From positions 1 through 42,712 of the forward strand of contig JAYWGM010000013.1 of the NCBI GenBank assembly GCA_043778225.1: a stretch of 42,712 bases of DNA. The letters are read 5' to 3'. This document shows, in pieces, positions 39,229 to 42,712 of the stretch (positions are counted from its first letter, which is position 1; each line of letters begins with the position of its first letter). Position numbers and translations under genes: made by a program. This stretch comes from Deinococcales bacterium (lineage in GTDB: Bacteria > Deinococcota > Deinococci > Deinococcales > JAAFIG01). Below the pieces are notes generated by a model. The model had not been told where the DNA came from. It saw only the letters and a program-made list of their open reading frames with translations, and did not search any database.

Positions 39229-39633
39229 ATGGCTAAACCAAGCAAACGAAAGTACCTACAAGCCTTTCTCGAGCGGAGTTTAGCGATTCAAACTGCCAGC
39301 CCGTATCCCGAAAGTTTTGATGATTTGCTGCATTGGGTACGCACACGACTCGAGGCACAGCCAAATCCGAAAAAATTAAACCAGACCAATGTCAAACTTG
39401 ATGACGATCTACAAGCCTTATCTGCCAAGCAGTTACGCAAAGAAATCGTGCGGCTTCGCAATGCCATCCGCCAACACCGCGACGAAACTGGACATGGGCG
39501 CTGCTGGCTCGATGACCAAAGGCTTTACACAATTTTGCCAGACAACCAAGACCCAGATTTAGCGTTGCCACCTCGAGCCGAGTTTTTAGCCAATTGCGCC
39601 TTGTATTGGCAAGAACGTCAGCCACCAACTTGA
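39229..39633 (+). CDS. Hypothetical protein with LRxAIRxHRD..GH..CW...LP...P....FL..C motif
   Basis: TACCCT 6 nt before ATG 39229; divergent from the amidase gene. Confidence 0.75.
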   Translation: MAKPSKRKYLQAFLERSLAIQTASPYPESFDDLLHWVRTRLEAQPNPKKLNQTNVKLDDDLQALSAKQLRKEIVRLRNAIRQHRDETGHGRCWLDDQRLYTILPDNQDPDLALPPRAEFLANCALYWQERQPPT

Positions 39634-39717
39634 GGCAACAATAAAAAAACAATTTCACCTTCGCGCATAAGTTGGATTCAATTTTTTAAGCGCCGATAAT
39701 GAATTACCGCCATAAGT

Positions 39718-39749
39718 CTCGAGAAGAAAAGCTAAGGCACAAGCTCGAG
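39718..39749 (+). repeat. CTCGAG-bounded direct repeat, copy 1
   Basis: CTCGAGAAGAAAAGCTAAGGCACAAGCTCGAG. Confidence 0.9.
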
Positions 39750-39764
39750 CAGACAATACCCAAT

Positions 39765-40196
39765 TTACTGAATTAATTGCTCCAAAAATTCTGGCGGCTG
39801 CACTGCAAAAAACCCTAAAGCATTGGCTGCTTTCAAAACTTTTTTATCCCTTGTCACAATAAAATCTGCGCCAGAAGCAAACGCCAAATCGAGTATCCAC
39901 CAATCTTTTTTATCGCTCAAACTAATCCAATCAAAACGTTCAGGGCGATACAATTCGCCCATTAAACCGAGCATCAAACCAGCTCTAAAAATTCGTTTCG
40001 GTTCAGGATGATGCAGTGCAAAGAAATCTCGTGCCAGAACTGCGTTGAGTTCGCGTAAACCTGCATCCGACAAAGCCAAACGCGCCAAGCCAGTCTCGAG
40101 CGCCAATAAAGTACGAGCATCCGATCCACCCACCAAACCCATAATTCCAGAAACAACCACCATCGTATCCAAAACACAAAGTGGAGCAAGTATCAC
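39765..40196 (-). CDS. PIN-domain putative toxin
   Basis: VLDTMVVVSG, ELNAVL.R, DKKDWWILDLA...ADFIVTRDK.VL; start overlaps the stop of the upstream HTH gene. Confidence 0.88.
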   Translation of the reverse strand: MILAPLCVLDTMVVVSGIMGLVGGSDARTLLALETGLARLALSDAGLRELNAVLARDFFALHHPEPKRIFRAGLMLGLMGELYRPERFDWISLSDKKDWWILDLAFASGADFIVTRDKKVLKAANALGFFAVQPPEFLEQLIQ

Positions 40197-40567
40197 AAGG
40201 TTTGCCTACTGGCTCGTCTGGCTTGAACTTCGGCAACACTCGGTTGTGGTAAACCTCGAGCAGGTAAAGGCGCAGCTTCTCGAGCCTCACGCACCAATTT
40301 TTCGGCAATGGCAACAGCTTCGGCTTCGGGCAAACCACCACTACCAACCAGCTTACGAAAATCTTCACGCCAAGCAAACCACTCGAGAAACCGAGCTTCG
40401 CCAAGGTACGCCACCAAATCACTCGAGGCAATACGGTACTGTTTACCAATGCGTTGCGCCCCAAGGTGATTCGCCCGAATTTCACGACGCACAGTTTCTT
40501 CGCTGATTCGTAAAGTCTTAGCGACTTCTTCGGGAGTGTAGACACTGGGCTCGGTCATGAGCATCAT
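40193..40567 (-). CDS. Excisionase-like HTH (HTH_17) putative antitoxin
   Basis: YTPEEVAKTLRISEETVRREIR..L.A.RIGKQYRI; TATACT 7 nt before ATG 40567. Confidence 0.88.
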   Translation of the reverse strand: MMLMTEPSVYTPEEVAKTLRISEETVRREIRANHLGAQRIGKQYRIASSDLVAYLGEARFLEWFAWREDFRKLVGSGGLPEAEAVAIAEKLVREAREAAPLPARGLPQPSVAEVQARRASRQTL

Positions 40568-40605
40568 GACAGTCAGTATACACAAAAATCAGCAAAAGCC
40601 AAAGC

Positions 40606-40637
40606 CTTGAGGAGAAAAGCCAAAGCTCAAGCTCAAG
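40606..40637 (+). repeat. CTCGAG-bounded direct repeat, copy 2 (degenerate)
   Basis: CTTGAGGAGAAAAGCCAAAGCTCAAGCTCAAG; 26/32 identical to copy 1. Confidence 0.75.
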
Positions 40638-40678
40638 CAAAACCCATCTGTAGTACAATCATTGTCAAGGAGGACACC

Positions 40679-40909
40679 ATGACTTTACAACTCGAATTAG
40701 AACCAAACCTAGCCCATAAAATCCAACAACTTGCCAATCAAACACACAGCAGTCCCGAAGAATACATCCTCGAGTTACTCCGCCGTGAAGCTCAACCCAA
40801 GGCAAAACCAGCATGGGTTGGTATGGGAAACTCTGGACGCTCAGATTTAAGCTCGAGAACCAAAGAACTTCTGTTTGAAACTTTGGAACACCCAAGCAAT
40901 GACCAGTAA
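40679..40909 (+). CDS. VapB-like (RHH/CopG-type) antitoxin
   Basis: SD AAGGAGGA; MTLQLEL...KIQQLA; WVGMGNSGRSDLS.R..E.L tail; overlaps the PIN gene. Confidence 0.85.
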   Translation: MTLQLELEPNLAHKIQQLANQTHSSPEEYILELLRREAQPKAKPAWVGMGNSGRSDLSSRTKELLFETLEHPSNDQ

Positions 40910-41312
40910 ATCTATTTTGCTTGATACCAGCGCAGTTATTGCCTTACTTGACATTGGTGATGCTTACCACAAAGCCATCGAACCATACTGGCAAGAACAC
41001 TTGTTGTTACCAATGACTTTACTCGCGGAAGTTGACTACATGGTCAGCAAATACTTAGGCGCTCATGTAGCACGGGCTTTCTTTTCAGGCATCGAAAACG
41101 GCGACCTTGAACTGATTGGCTTTGACACCACCGATTTTGCTCGAGCCAATGCAATCATGAAAAAATACCCAAGTGTGCCTTTGGGTGTTGCCGACGCAAG
41201 TGTGATGGCACTGGCAGATCGATACAAGATTCAAAGAATTTTAACGCTGGACAGACGGCACTTTTCTTTGGTGAAACCGAGCAATATGGATTATTTTGAG
41301 CTGCTGCCGTGA
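40899..41312 (+). CDS. vapC: VapC-type PIN-domain toxin
   Basis: ILLDTSAVIALLD..D.YH, LAEVDY, LGVADASV.ALA, ILTLDRRHF. Confidence 0.92.
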   Translation: MTSKSILLDTSAVIALLDIGDAYHKAIEPYWQEHLLLPMTLLAEVDYMVSKYLGAHVARAFFSGIENGDLELIGFDTTDFARANAIMKKYPSVPLGVADASVMALADRYKIQRILTLDRRHFSLVKPSNMDYFELLP

Positions 41313-41314
41313 GC

Positions 41315-41344
41315 CTCGAGAAAAAGCCAAGGCACAAGCTCGAG
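41315..41344 (+). repeat. CTCGAG-bounded direct repeat, copy 3
   Basis: CTCGAGAAAAAGCCAAGGCACAAGCTCGAG; differs from copy 1 by a 2 nt gap and 1 substitution. Confidence 0.9.
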
Positions 41345-41346
41345 GA

Positions 41347-41428
41347 GAGAAAATCTGGGCAAAGCCCAGCCTACACGCTTTCAGCACCAGCTCGAGCTGA
41401 GAAAATCCAAGCGAAGCCCAGCCTACAC
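41347..41428 (-). repeat. Two GTAG-type REP-like units in a 52 bp period
   Basis: GAGAAAATC.....AAGCCCAGCCTACAC at 41347-41376 and 41399-41428; the minus strand reads GTAG-G-CTGGGC-TTT-GCCCAG in the first unit. Confidence 0.75.
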
Positions 41429-41472
41429 ACTCGAGCAAAGAAAAGCTGGGTGAAGCGTATTTTGCACACAAA

Positions 41473-42312
41473 TCAGGTATTTACCATTTTTGATAGTATT
41501 GGTTCAAAATCAAGTAGTATTGACGAAGAAATTACGAACCCAAGGTTTGTTGGTATGTTGGAAAGAGCCAATGCTCTGGTTGTAATCGGAACTTGAACCA
41601 CTTGTATTTCGCCAGTCGCAGTATATTGTGGTCCTGCGTAAAGTGTACCGAGTAAAGCAATTCTTGTACCCGAACATAGCGCTCCCGTAGCATCTACAAA
41701 ACTTCCAATATTTGCCAAAAAAACAGGAGAACCACTTGAACCTGGGAAACACGCGGCATCAATAAGAAATTCGGGTCTATTATTCCAATCAAGACGTGGA
41801 TGCGTTGCAGTTATTCCTTTACGAATAATTGGGAGATTATGCTTTTGATCCCATAATCCTATCGGATAGCCAATCATTACAATATCTTCCATTGAGCTTA
41901 AAGAATTTAAAAAATTTGAATCTGGCAGAAAGTTGTTATTAAGAGAAATAAAATAACATTCCTGACCCTGTTGTCTAGCCCTGTGTAAAATCGGAGCTAT
42001 TGGGAAAACAGCTAGGTCAACATCTGGATTTGGGTGTTTAATCCACATATTTTCAAAATTATCAAAATCAAATCCGAAAGACTGCCCAAGTTGAGGCTTA
42101 TTTTCTGAGTCTTTTAAGGTGAGGCAAAATCTGCCTTTATTTGCGCCAGAAATTACGTGTTTATTGGTAACGATACAGAGAATGTTCTCGTCGCCCTTAG
42201 GAAGAAAACCAAAAAAGTAACCACTGCCATAACTTATACCATTTGCTGTTTGGCATTCTATGCGAACCGTACTATGAATCAATTGTTCAATTGGACTTGT
42301 GTAAGCGGTCAT
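41473..42312 (-). CDS. Trypsin-like serine protease
   Basis: GSGY, VTNKHV (His), DVDLAV (Asp), FPGSSGSPV (Ser). True start ATG 42312, with TACTAT 7 nt upstream; the longer ORF runs through the tRNA. Confidence 0.9.
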   Translation of the reverse strand: MTAYTSPIEQLIHSTVRIECQTANGISYGSGYFFGFLPKGDENILCIVTNKHVISGANKGRFCLTLKDSENKPQLGQSFGFDFDNFENMWIKHPNPDVDLAVFPIAPILHRARQQGQECYFISLNNNFLPDSNFLNSLSSMEDIVMIGYPIGLWDQKHNLPIIRKGITATHPRLDWNNRPEFLIDAACFPGSSGSPVFLANIGSFVDATGALCSGTRIALLGTLYAGPQYTATGEIQVVQVPITTRALALSNIPTNLGFVISSSILLDFEPILSKMVNT

Positions 42313-42324
42313 AAATACAATAGT

Positions 42325-42356
42325 AACACGCGACAAACAATTGTTTGTCGCGTGTT
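42325..42356. terminator. Perfect 32 bp palindrome after tRNA-Gly (probable terminator or processing hairpin)
   Basis: AACACGCGACAAACAA-TTGTTTGTCGCGTGTT. Confidence 0.7.
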
Positions 42357-42359
42357 TTT

Positions 42360-42435
<76 letters not shown>

Positions 42436-42634
42436 ATTCCATATTCTATTAGTATTCTCGAGTTCTTGGTGTTCTCGAGCTGATAGTGTACTGCTTGTGT
42501 GGTTGTTTTTCAACTATCTCTTGTACATCTATTTTGCTTCTATTTTCTTTGTACTTCTCGAGTCTCGAGCTTAGGTTTTACTTTTAACCTTTTAACCCTT
42601 TGCCCTTTTAACCCTATCTTCTTGGGATAATAAA

Positions 42635-42712
42635 AACCCCCCGCATCGACCTACTCTTCCAAAATCGTAGACTTAAGTACCATCGGCGCACACACGTTTA
42701 ACGACCCAGTTC
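42635..42712 (-). rRNA. rrf: 5S rRNA, 3' portion (truncated by the window end)
   Basis: GAACTGGGTCGTTAAAC...GCGCCGATGGTACT...GAGTAGGTCGATGCGGGGG, with conserved 5S motifs. Confidence 0.93.

Noticed and set aside
39718..41344. Integron attC sites
   Set aside because: The repeats lack RYYYAAC/GTTRRRY ends and long internal dyad symmetry, and there is no intI.

Overview
A 42.7 kb bacterial chromosomal segment, most likely from Deinococcota. The evidence is the 5S rRNA signature, the 5S-tRNA-Gly(GCC) linkage, pervasive -10 boxes directly abutting start codons, and the gene content; it looks AT-richer by eye than typical Deinococcus/Thermus. Most of it is housekeeping: alr, lptD/lptF/lptG-like genes, an M29 aminopeptidase, recG, long-form rfbA, trmL, acnA, qor, osmoprotectant-type ABC genes, sufE and an amidase. 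It also carries signalling proteins (a pseudo-receiver histidine kinase, a Ser/Thr kinase-STAND-TPR protein, a NarL-type regulator). An accessory right end holds a NERD-SF1 helicase, two PIN toxin-antitoxin pairs and a trypsin-like protease next to tRNA-Gly and a partial 5S rRNA. Three things stand out beyond the gene list. (1) The palindrome CTCGAG is hyper-abundant, like a highly iterated palindrome (13 copies in the first 1.3 kb, 18 in 23195-24268). (2) A 30-32 bp CTCGAG-bounded direct repeat sits at each border of the two toxin-antitoxin modules, like a cassette array. (3) A ~115 nt structured, probably pseudoknotted RNA leader sequesters the ribosome-binding site of a gene whose product starts with an LPxxPNLEHLKxQAK domain followed by HEAT repeats. 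Counts were made by eye and no database searches were run.
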